Shown one piece after another: positions 1 through 8,022 of a DNA stretch of 64,000 bases. The notes beneath the pieces are model-generated. The model was not told where the DNA came from. It ran no database searches and saw only the letters and a program-made list of their open reading frames with translations. Numbering within the stretch: position 1 is the stretch's first letter; every line of letters starts with the position of its first letter. The translations under genes and the position numbers were made by a program. The stretch comes from an uncultured archaeon. Lineage in GTDB: Archaea > Aenigmatarchaeota > Aenigmatarchaeia > QMZP01 > JACQNV01. The stretch lies in assembly GCA_964410585.1 (NCBI GenBank), contig CAYPFW010000001.1, positions 416,001 to 480,000 of the forward strand, read 5' to 3'.

Positions 1-2
1 AT

Positions 3-179
3 GTTGTCCCGGGAATTGTTTTGGGAACAGGCGAAGTCACAAAAAAACTTAATGTTGCTGCATGGAAATTTTCAGCTTCAGCAAAACAAAAGATAGAAAA
101 AGTTGGCGGAAAATGCATGTCATTGGAACATCTTTGGGAAACAAACAAGGATGGAAAGGGAGTTAAACTGGTTGGTTAA
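3..179 (+). CDS. rpl18e: 50S ribosomal protein L18e, 3' part (truncated by window edge)
   Basis: Frame from nt 3 reads VVPGIVLGTGEVTKKLNVAAWKFSASAKQKIEKVGG...; sits before rpl13-rps9 as in the conserved archaeal order. Confidence 0.9.
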   Translation, partial: VVPGIVLGTGEVTKKLNVAAWKFSASAKQKIEKVGGKCMSLEHLWETNKDGKGVKLVG

Positions 180-184
180 TTGAA

Positions 185-264
185 GTGGAAGGCGTAAATT
201 TTTCGAGCTCGCAAGCGAAGAAAAAATAGCCTCCGTTTTTGATTAACCTTTTGGGTAAAAGGTT
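185..264 (+). repeat. Structured intergenic repeat, family A, copy 1
   Basis: GTGGAAGGCG...GCCTCC stem followed by hairpin AACCTTTT-GGGT-AAAAGGTT ending at the rpl13 ATG; near-identical copies at 25693, 37017 and 45882. Confidence 0.9.
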
Positions 265-684
265 ATGTCCGAACTATATTTTGATGCAAAGGACCAAATT
301 GTGGGAAGAATGGCGTCTAAAGTAGCAAAAGAGTTGATGAAAGGAAAGACTGTGTTTATTGTAAATGCTGAAAAGGCTGTTGTTTCTGGAACATATCATA
401 CTGTTTTGAATATTTACATGGAAAGGACAGCAAGAGGAGACCCACACAACGGGCCTTATTATCCAAAACATCCAGATAGGATGTTGAAAAGGTCTATAAG
501 GGGCATGCTTCCAAAAAACTACACAGGAAGACAGGCTTTGAAAAGATTGAAGGTTTTCCTTTCTGTTCCAGAAGAATTAGAAGGGACAAAATTCCAGAAA
601 ATTAAAGAATCTGAAAATAAATTAGAATGTGCTTACATGGAACTTGGGGAAGTAAGTAGGGTTTTGACTGGAAAAAAGTTATAA
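265..684 (+). CDS. rpl13: 50S ribosomal protein L13
   Basis: DAKDQIVGRMAS, VNAEKAVVSG, GPYYPKHPDRMLKRSIRGMLP motifs. Confidence 0.97.
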   Translation: MSELYFDAKDQIVGRMASKVAKELMKGKTVFIVNAEKAVVSGTYHTVLNIYMERTARGDPHNGPYYPKHPDRMLKRSIRGMLPKNYTGRQALKRLKVFLSVPEELEGTKFQKIKESENKLECAYMELGEVSRVLTGKKL

Positions 685-696
685 TTGGAATAAAAT

Positions 697-1203
697 ATGG
701 TAACAAAAAAAGATGAAAATGCTCAAGCAGAAAATATAGAAGTGAAAATAGAGACTGAACCAGAAGAAAAGACACCAAAAAAAGAACACAAGAAAAAAGA
801 GCCTCCTAAGTTTGTTCAAACAGTTGGAAAAAGAAAGAAAGCAATTGCTAGAGCTGTTGTCAAACCTGGAAAAGGTATTGTTAAAGTTAATTCTATTCCT
901 TTAGAATTGGTCTCAGGTGAAATGGTTAGATTGAAAATGTCTGAACCATTGATTCTGGCAGGAGATGCTTGGAAGGCTTTTGATATTTCAGTTAATGTTT
1001 CTGGTGGCGGTGTTTTAGGACAAGCAGATGCTGTGAGACAATGCATTGCAAGAGGACTGGTTGAATATTTACCTGAACTGAAAAAAACATACTTGGAGTA
1101 TGATAGAAATTTGATAGTTTTTGATTCTAGAAGAACAGAACCACACAAGCCTGGACACTCTTCATGGGGCCCAAGAAGACACAAACAGCGCAGCAAGAGA
1201 TAA
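697..1203 (+). CDS. rps9: 30S ribosomal protein S9 with acidic/Lys-rich N-terminal extension
   Basis: GKRKKAIARA, GGGVLGQADAVR, C-terminal QRSKR. Confidence 0.97.
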   Translation: MVTKKDENAQAENIEVKIETEPEEKTPKKEHKKKEPPKFVQTVGKRKKAIARAVVKPGKGIVKVNSIPLELVSGEMVRLKMSEPLILAGDAWKAFDISVNVSGGGVLGQADAVRQCIARGLVEYLPELKKTYLEYDRNLIVFDSRRTEPHKPGHSSWGPRRHKQRSKR

Positions 1204-1248
1204 AATATTTTTTTACTATGTAAATTTCAAATTAAAAGAATTGATTTT

Positions 1249-1692
1249 TCACAAACTTTCCAAAACTTCTTTCACATGCTCATCTGGTTTTACTTTTGGA
1301 AAGATTTTTTCTATTTTTCCGTTGTTCAAAATAAATGTTGTCCTTTCAATTCCCATGTATTTTTTACCCATGAAAATTTTCTCTTTCCAGACACCATATT
1401 TGTTGACAACTTCTTTTTCCGTGTCTGCTAAAAGTGTGAAAGGTAGGGTATATTTTTTCTGGAATTTTTTATGCGATTCTTGAGAGTCCGGACTCACACC
1501 TAAAATAACAGCTTTCTTTTTTATTTCAGAAAAATTGTCGCGGAAGTTGCACGCTTCCTTCGTACATCCTGGAGTGTCGTCTTTTGGATAGAAATATAGG
1601 ACGACTTTTCCTTTGTAATCAGACAATTTATGGACCTTTCCTTCTGCATCTTTCAGGGAAAAATCAGGTGACTTGTCGCCTTCTTTTAGCAT
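1249..1692 (-). CDS. bcp: Peroxiredoxin Bcp/PrxQ
   Basis: [20 protein letters not shown] motif; likely start [11 protein letters not shown] at 1692. Confidence 0.95.
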   Translation of the reverse strand: MLKEGDKSPDFSLKDAEGKVHKLSDYKGKVVLYFYPKDDTPGCTKEACNFRDNFSEIKKKAVILGVSPDSQESHKKFQKKYTLPFTLLADTEKEVVNKYGVWKEKIFMGKKYMGIERTTFILNNGKIEKIFPKVKPDEHVKEVLESL

Positions 1693-1797
1693 ATGTATTA
1701 CTTTGATCAATTGTTTAAATTGTTCAATCAGAAGCCAAAAAAGGTTTATAAATACTAGAACAATCAATGTATATTGATAATGTGATAGCATATTATT

Positions 1798-2121
1798 ATG
1801 GCAGATTACGTAAGGATCAAGCTTGCAGGAAAGGATTACAAAGAATTAGAAGAAATCTGTAGACAGATCAAGGAAATCGCCGAAAAACATGGAACAGATA
1901 TTAGAGGTCCAATGCCACTGCCGACAAAGAGATTGAAAATTCCAGTTCTTAAAACACCATGTGGCGATGGAACAGGTCATGGAAATGCTACTTGGGACAG
2001 ATGGGAGATGAGAATCCATCGTAGAGTTATTGATATTGGTTCTGCTGAGCGAGCTTTGAGGCATATTGTTCGATTGCAAATCCCAGAAGATGTGAAAATT
2101 GCAATTGAAGAGATGAGATAA
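1798..2121 (+). CDS. rps10: 30S ribosomal protein S10
   Basis: [28 protein letters not shown]. Confidence 0.96.
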   Translation: MADYVRIKLAGKDYKELEEICRQIKEIAEKHGTDIRGPMPLPTKRLKIPVLKTPCGDGTGHGNATWDRWEMRIHRRVIDIGSAERALRHIVRLQIPEDVKIAIEEMR

Positions 2122-2152
2122 GCTATTTGAATAAACTTTTTCTAATTCTTAT

Positions 2153-3172
2153 ATGGGTGTAGATATAGGAAAACTTGTTCCAAAAAAAGAAATTTCTATA
2201 GAAGAATTATCTGGAAAAAAGATTGGAATAGATGCACTCAATTGGACTTTCCAATTTCTTTCGTCTGTTCGTGACAAATTCACAGGAGAGCCGTTGAAGG
2301 ATTCTCATGGAAATGTCACATCTCATTTGTCTGGCTTGTTCTATAGGACGACAAAATTAATTGAAAGTGGAATAGAACCTGTTTATGTTTTTGATGGCAA
2401 GCCACCAGAATGGAAGAAACACACAATTCAAGAAAGAGAAAAAGTTAGAGAAGAAGCTCGTCAGAAATGGATAGAGGCTGTTGAAAAAGGAGAAGAAGCG
2501 ATAAAATATGCACAGGGTGCCTCTAAATTGACATCAGAAATGCTTGTTCAGGCAAAAGAGCTTTTGGATTTAATGGGTGTATCTTGGGTTCAAGCTCCTT
2601 CAGAAGGAGAAGCACAAATCTCCAAAATGGTGAAGGAAAACCAAATCTGGGCAGGGGCGACACAAGACTACGATGCAATTCTTTTCGGAATTCCTAGAGT
2701 GATAAGAAATCTGAACATAGCTGGAAAGAAAAAACTTCCTGGAAAACAAACATACATCGAGGTCAAACCAGAATTTATTGAAATAAATGAAGTTTTGAAA
2801 GGCCTCGAATTGAACCAAGAACAACTCATTGTTTTAGGTTTGTTAGTTGGCACAGATTTCAATCCTGGAATCAAAGGATTTGGCCCTAAAAAAAGTTTGG
2901 AATTGGTGAAACAAGAAAAAACTTTGGAAAATGTTTTGAAAAAAATAAACTGGGATTTTGAGGTTCCTGCACACGACCTATTTGAGTTTTTCAAAAACCC
3001 GCCTGCTGGAAATGTTGAAATTCAGAAGAAAAAAATCGATATAGAAGGACTGAGGAAATTCCTGATAGACGACCATGATTTTTCAGAAGAAAGGATAAAT
3101 TCGACATTGGAAAAACTTCAAGAAACAAAAAAGAAAGGGCAAAGCGGATTAGGAAGTTTTTTTGGAAAATAG
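2153..3172 (+). CDS. fen1: Flap endonuclease 1
   Basis: MGVDIG start, VFDGKPP, APSEGEAQ, GTDFNPG, C-terminal PIP box QSGLGSFF. Confidence 0.97.
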   Translation: MGVDIGKLVPKKEISIEELSGKKIGIDALNWTFQFLSSVRDKFTGEPLKDSHGNVTSHLSGLFYRTTKLIESGIEPVYVFDGKPPEWKKHTIQEREKVREEARQKWIEAVEKGEEAIKYAQGASKLTSEMLVQAKELLDLMGVSWVQAPSEGEAQISKMVKENQIWAGATQDYDAILFGIPRVIRNLNIAGKKKLPGKQTYIEVKPEFIEINEVLKGLELNQEQLIVLGLLVGTDFNPGIKGFGPKKSLELVKQEKTLENVLKKINWDFEVPAHDLFEFFKNPPAGNVEIQKKKIDIEGLRKFLIDDHDFSEERINSTLEKLQETKKKGQSGLGSFFGK

Positions 3173-4432
3173 GCCGCAGAAAGAATCATAGATTTCTTTG
3201 GCACGCGCCTCAATTCTTTCTCTTAGTCTTCTGTTTTTTTCTCTATGCAGCATATCCAGTTCAGCTTCTGAAACTCCTAAAATCTTTAGAATGTTAATTC
3301 CTTCTTCTCCCATGTCAAACAGTTTTTCCTTGAAGTTACTTTTTGATGTTGTTGCCTCTATATAAACATCGTTTATTTGGTCCCATTCGTATACGTCACC
3401 AACATTTCTGACAAATTGACCTCTCAACCATGCTCTTGTGTCCTCGGGTGGATTTTCTACAGCTGCTTCTATTTGTTCATCTGTTACTAATCTGTTTATT
3501 TCACCAGCTGACTGAAGGCGATAAAACAATCCATGTTCCCTATCTATATCATGGTATTCAATATCCAAATCCTTCATTCTTGAATCATTCCAATCCCAAC
3601 CAAAATCTTCAGAAGAATCTAAAAGAAGTTTTAATTTTATTACCCAATCCAAATCCCTTGACAAGTCCATAAAATTTTCCTGCAGGCGATCTAAAACATA
3701 TTCCCATAAAACCAAAACTTTATCTGTTATTGGATCTTGACCTCGATATTGTTTAGCTGCTTCAAGGAACCTTCTTTGGGCTGTTACATAAATCCCAATT
3801 CTTTCCCTAAATCCATCAGGATATTTTAGCTCTTCTCTGTGCAAAAAAAGTCCAGGCAGCGCTAAGCCTTCACCAGGGTAAACAAAACCATCTTTAATTA
3901 ACCGCAAAACTAAGCCTGTTGTGCCGGCTTTCAAAAAAGTTGAGATTTCAGACACGTTTGCATCTTCTTCGCTTACATGAAGTCTATCATCCTTCATTGC
4001 ATAAAAAACCCCTTTATTTTTCTGAGACAATCCATATCCCTGAGATTCTAATCTACCCGAACCTGTGATCACTGCTCTACTTATTAAAAAATTATCAAAT
4101 GTTGAATATCGATTAGGAGGCTTACGTGAAATAGGACTATAATTTTCATGACAGCCCCAAGTATTTCCTTGAGAATCTCTATTGTTTTTGAAAAGCCTAT
4201 ATCTAGTATCAGCTAGTAAGCGTGAAACTATTAACTCACCTGCTTTATCCCAAATAACAAGATCTAATGGATTTGTGCATTCAGGTGTTGCATATTCTGG
4301 GTGTGCAAGTTGATCAAAATAGATTCTACCACCATTTAGATGAAATCTGTCATCAAATCTAGAGTCAAACACTGTGCAAGCTTCGCTGTCATCAGGAAAG
4401 AATCCAAACTCTGTCTCTAATCCATAGATCAT
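3149..4432 (-). CDS. PafA/Dop-family (Pup/UBact ligase-like) carboxylate-amine ligase
   Basis: GLETEFG, NGGRIYFD..HPEYATPEC, LFKNNRDSQGNTWGCHENY, RLHV, LDWVIK, LDIEYHDI..GLF, PPEDTRAWLRG. Confidence 0.92.
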   Translation of the reverse strand: MIYGLETEFGFFPDDSEACTVFDSRFDDRFHLNGGRIYFDQLAHPEYATPECTNPLDLVIWDKAGELIVSRLLADTRYRLFKNNRDSQGNTWGCHENYSPISRKPPNRYSTFDNFLISRAVITGSGRLESQGYGLSQKNKGVFYAMKDDRLHVSEEDANVSEISTFLKAGTTGLVLRLIKDGFVYPGEGLALPGLFLHREELKYPDGFRERIGIYVTAQRRFLEAAKQYRGQDPITDKVLVLWEYVLDRLQENFMDLSRDLDWVIKLKLLLDSSEDFGWDWNDSRMKDLDIEYHDIDREHGLFYRLQSAGEINRLVTDEQIEAAVENPPEDTRAWLRGQFVRNVGDVYEWDQINDVYIEATTSKSNFKEKLFDMGEEGINILKILGVSEAELDMLHREKNRRLRERIEARAKEIYDSFCGLFSKKTS

Positions 4433-4460
4433 TCAGACTATTTAGAAATAAGTTTTAAAT

Positions 4461-4637
4461 TCACTCGCCTTCTGGATTTATGTAGGTTGGTGAAATTGTT
4501 GTTGGTTTTTTAGGATCTACAACTCCCGAATATCTTGATGTTGCTGGATATCTATCTGGAACTTTTGTAGGTGCTCCTACTGAAGTATCTCTAGGAATAA
4601 GTTGTCTTTTTCTTTCGTCTAAAACTGAAGTTGCCAT
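4461..4637 (-). CDS. Small Pro-rich protein ending YINPEGE; candidate Pup/UBact-like modifier
   Basis: 58 aa from MATS (GGGGGT SD-like motif upstream; alternative start 4649); ends 28 nt upstream of the ligase on the same strand; C-terminal Y-x4-G-E. Confidence 0.7.
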   Translation of the reverse strand: MATSVLDERKRQLIPRDTSVGAPTKVPDRYPATSRYSGVVDPKKPTTISPTYINPEGE

Positions 4638-4697
4638 AATAACCCCCATGAACTATTTTAATATTAATATTTAGACACGAAAGTTTATATTTTTGAT

Positions 4698-4982
4698 ATG
4701 GCAGACGCTCTTAGCATTATACTGGAAATGATTTGGCATATTATTTCAACAACTATTCACTCTGTTAAGTTCCTTTCTGGAATGTTTCAACAGCTTTTAG
4801 GTGCGCTGTTGCCTGTTTCTGTTGCAGGTCCTGGAGGAAGTTTGCTAGCTGGTGTTGCTTTGCTTTTGGTTGCGTATTTTTTGATCAAGTTTATTTTTAG
4901 GTCTGGAAAAGAAGTAGTTATACTTTTGATTGTTGGGATAATTATTGTTCTTTTGCTTTTGGCTGGAAAGTTTGTTGGTTAA
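4698..4982 (+). CDS. Small membrane protein
   Basis: 94 aa with 2-3 hydrophobic segments; BRE/TATA-like GAAAGTTTATAT upstream. Confidence 0.7.
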   Translation: MADALSIILEMIWHIISTTIHSVKFLSGMFQQLLGALLPVSVAGPGGSLLAGVALLLVAYFLIKFIFRSGKEVVILLIVGIIIVLLLLAGKFVG

Positions 4983-4983
4983 T

Positions 4984-5235
4984 ATGGATTTTGAAAAAGA
5001 GATTCAGGAATTGAAAGAAAGGAATAAGAGAGTAGAAGCAGACAAAGCATGGGAAACAAGCTGGACGCGCAGGGCTTTGATAGCTTTGTTCACATATCTT
5101 GCAATTGCCTTGTATCTTTTAGCAATCAATGTACCTTCGCCTTGGCTGAATGCGATTGTGCCAACTATAGGGTTTCTTTTGTCGACTCTAACTTTGCCTG
5201 TTTTTAAGAAAATGTGGATTAGAAAAAGAAATTAA
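4984..5235 (+). CDS. Small two-TM membrane protein with coiled N-terminus
   Basis: Start MDFEKEI at 4984; RVEADKAWETSWTRR then two TM helices. Confidence 0.75.
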   Translation: MDFEKEIQELKERNKRVEADKAWETSWTRRALIALFTYLAIALYLLAINVPSPWLNAIVPTIGFLLSTLTLPVFKKMWIRKRN

Positions 5236-6062
5236 GCAGCTCGCGCAGGCGTGAAAAGTTCAACAACGCCTGGGTATTTTTGTTCAACAGGAACTGAGAA
5301 TGTGCCTCTTTCTTTGTCATACAATCTTCCTGTTCTCAAAACACTTTGCCAAAAAGTTGGATCTCTACACTGACCTATTACTATTTGTCTTTCGTCGCCT
5401 TTTTCATGGGATAATTCATCTTCAATTAAAAGTCTTCTTTCCATAGCATGCATATCTAAAACATCGTCTACTTCAAGGCCTAATGGTTTCAATAACCCTT
5501 CAACTTTTACAAAGACTCTTCCAGCATTGTATCTTTGTATAACAGGTTGGCTAGCTGCTTCTATTTGATCAAAAACAGCGCGGATATCACTATTCTCTGC
5601 TATCTGGATTTCGCCTACATATGGTAGGTCTACTGTTCCCCCATATCTACCACCGGATTTACTGAGATTGTGTAAATCCTCTCTTTCAAGATCTCCTATT
5701 TTACCTTTAAATTCTATCCAATCTTCAAATTCAGGTGAACCCATTGCTTCTAATATTCTTGATGCACAATAGTTATCGCCTTTTTCTATTTTTGCCTTTG
5801 GATCTGGAACGCATCTGCCTTGTTTTACATCATACTGTGTTGCTATACCAAGTTCACCTAGCAAATTCATATTGTGAACTACAAGAAGATCTATATCATG
5901 CGGACTTTGTTCAGTAAGCGTTGAACCAAAAAGAAGGAGATCATGGACTCCATAATGTGGATCTCCATAAACTGCTTTGTAGGAAAAATCAAAAATTGCT
6001 CTGGCTACATTCTCTGCCAATCTCATCGCATTTGGAACAACAGTTGTACTTTTCATAAACAA
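5232..6062 (-). CDS. Hypothetical protein with Pol-beta-like nucleotidyltransferase motif
   Basis: LLLFGST...HDIDLLVV (GS...DxD). Confidence 0.6.
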   Translation of the reverse strand: MFMKSTTVVPNAMRLAENVARAIFDFSYKAVYGDPHYGVHDLLLFGSTLTEQSPHDIDLLVVHNMNLLGELGIATQYDVKQGRCVPDPKAKIEKGDNYCASRILEAMGSPEFEDWIEFKGKIGDLEREDLHNLSKSGGRYGGTVDLPYVGEIQIAENSDIRAVFDQIEAASQPVIQRYNAGRVFVKVEGLLKPLGLEVDDVLDMHAMERRLLIEDELSHEKGDERQIVIGQCRDPTFWQSVLRTGRLYDKERGTFSVPVEQKYPGVVELFTPARAA

Positions 6063-6069
6063 TTAATTA

Positions 6070-6159
6070 GTGGATAGCGCTAAGAAAATTTTCGAGGCGA
6101 ACTGAGAAATTTTTTAGCCTCCGATTTTGGCATAAGCTTTTTTCCCAGAAAAAGGCTTA
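6070..6159 (+). repeat. Family A repeat, copy 2
   Basis: GTGGATAGCG..AAAATTTTC-GA-GGCGAACT-GA-GAAATTTTT..GCCTCC plus hairpin AAGCTTTT...AAAAGGCTT. Confidence 0.85.
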
Positions 6160-6594
6160 AGCGACCGCTGGGTCTTCTTGTCTTTGTTCTTCTGGTTTGC
6201 CTTTTGTTACAATTGGGAATCTTAAAGGCAAAGGTAATTGCAATTCGTCTGCCAAATCAGCTGCCCTCAAAAGGCACCTTCTGAATAAAGTATTCAAAAT
6301 TTCTACAGAAGAATCTTCTGTTAATTTTTTATCCTTTTTCCAAAGATCTAACAATTTCTTGTGTTCGTCTGTTAAGTACAAAAGCTCACCATCTATTTTT
6401 ATTTCGCCTATTTCAGGAGCGTATGTTGTTACAAACTCGAATTTCATTGCCAGAGCTTTCTTTCCAAGTTGCTCTATTTCCCTTTCTTTTATGTCTATTA
6501 TTTTTGGAGAGGAATTTGTTGATATTGCTTCATTTATAACTGATTTTTTCCTTTCCCCTGTTATTTTGTCGAATGTAATTCCTATTACTGGCAT
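6157..6594 (-). CDS. Conserved archaeal hypothetical protein
   Basis: Start MPVIGITFDKI with GGGGTG SD; F.F.T.Y.P..G.I.I.GE..Y and LPLP patterns. Confidence 0.8.
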   Translation of the reverse strand: MPVIGITFDKITGERKKSVINEAISTNSSPKIIDIKEREIEQLGKKALAMKFEFVTTYAPEIGEIKIDGELLYLTDEHKKLLDLWKKDKKLTEDSSVEILNTLFRRCLLRAADLADELQLPLPLRFPIVTKGKPEEQRQEDPAVA

Positions 6595-6705
6595 AATAAA
6601 CACCCCTTATTTTGATACCAAATGATTGGTTTATTGATATTTAAACGTTTCCATGTGTGAATATCTAGCTCTCCTGTCGCAGAGTTAGACACTCATTAGA
6701 TGTTA

Positions 6706-6823
6706 TAGCTCCACCCAGATTCGAACTGGGGTCAATGGCTATCTTCTTTCATAGATGCAAAGCATCTCAACTCTTTAGAGTTTCTCCAAAGGCCACTATC
6801 CTGGGCCGCTAGACGATGGAGCT
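6706..6823 (-). tRNA. tRNA-Gln(UUG) with 45-nt intron at canonical 37/38 position (intron 6741-6785)
   Basis: Acceptor AGCTCCA/TGGAGCT, anticodon stem GTGGC/GCCAT with CT-TTG-G|A, T-arm CCCAG-TTCGAAT-CTGGG; BHB-like CTTT/GAAG helix; CCA not encoded. Confidence 0.93.
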
Positions 6824-6873
6824 ATTATGGAATATGTAAATAAGAAATCAGTGACTTATAAAATTGTCTTGGT

Positions 6874-7335
6874 CTAGAAGTGGTAAGACTCTGGTAAGTT
6901 CTTCTGAGAGAGGTCAACATTTTTCCAACCCTTCTCTATTTCACTAAAAATAGTTTTTAGCTTTTTCTCTATTTGATCCCACTGTTTGAAAATAGATTTG
7001 ATGAATTCTGCGTCTTTTTTTCTGTCGTGCTCGCATTTTATTCTAGAAGCACTTGTGTGGATTAGATTGAGTTGTTTGTAGATTTCATATGCTTCTTTTT
7101 TGACATCGCTAATCATATGTTCTGTGAAAAGAAGGTCTGGATCACTTCCTTCGTGGATAAACAAAAACGATTCTAAATTTTTCATCAATTCATAGGCTTT
7201 AAAACCAATCTCGTTCCTTATGTTCTGTAGGACAAGTGAATCGTTTTTCACAGAAATCTCAAACTTTTCTTCGATGTCTTCTATAGAAGGTAGCTTGAAT
7301 TTTGTTTTCAGCGGCTTGAAATAATCTTTTTCCAT
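6874..7335 (-). CDS. Hypothetical protein
   Basis: 153-aa helical ORF with SD-like GGGGAA upstream. Confidence 0.75.
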   Translation of the reverse strand: MEKDYFKPLKTKFKLPSIEDIEEKFEISVKNDSLVLQNIRNEIGFKAYELMKNLESFLFIHEGSDPDLLFTEHMISDVKKEAYEIYKQLNLIHTSASRIKCEHDRKKDAEFIKSIFKQWDQIEKKLKTIFSEIEKGWKNVDLSQKNLPESYHF

Positions 7336-7403
7336 TGTTCCCCCATTAGATTAATAAGTATAGTTATTGTATTTAAATGATATTAGATTTGAGATATGCT
7401 TAG

Positions 7404-8021
7404 TTGTGGAAGCCATATATGAGCGAAAATGCTAAAGGCACAAAAAGGGCAATGGGATTGTTTATAGCACTTCTGATGTTTTTTTCAATTGCAGGATCAG
7501 CTCTTTATTATGTTGGCACATCGCCACAACAAAACCAAGACGACAACCAACCAAAGATAGAAATAAAACCTATAACTTTTGGTGAGCTTCCAACTGAACA
7601 CAAGCAGGCTGTAATTGGAAGTGGTAGGATTTTGTTTGAATATTTTTATCCAACTGGGTGCTTGGAGTGTGCGGAAACGCAAAATTTGTTGAAGCAATTT
7701 TCTGGGCAATTTGAGAGCCAAGGTAATCTTGTTTTTGTGGAGTTGATCGAGGGGTTTAACGAAACGAAACTTCAAATAATAAACCAAAGAGGAAGCATTA
7801 TAGAAGTTGAAGAAAATTTGACAGCAGACTCTTTGATGAGAATTTTTTGCGAGAACTCGCTTGTTCAGCCAAAGGAATGTTTACTTTTGCAGTTCAACTC
7901 ACCTGTTCCTGAGGTAAACAAAAGTCAGGAAACTAATCAAACAGATGTGGGGTCAAACAGTACTTCAACAAATCAAACACAAAATACAACAACTGGAAAC
8001 AAAACAAACACAACGACCTAA
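7404..8021 (+). CDS. Membrane-anchored exported protein with thioredoxin-like CxxC and Thr/Asn-rich tail
   Basis: N-terminal TM helix, FYPTGCLEC, many N-x-T sequons at the C-terminus; start uncertain. Confidence 0.7.
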   Translation: MWKPYMSENAKGTKRAMGLFIALLMFFSIAGSALYYVGTSPQQNQDDNQPKIEIKPITFGELPTEHKQAVIGSGRILFEYFYPTGCLECAETQNLLKQFSGQFESQGNLVFVELIEGFNETKLQIINQRGSIIEVEENLTADSLMRIFCENSLVQPKECLLLQFNSPVPEVNKSQETNQTDVGSNSTSTNQTQNTTTGNKTNTTT

Positions 8022-8022
8022 A

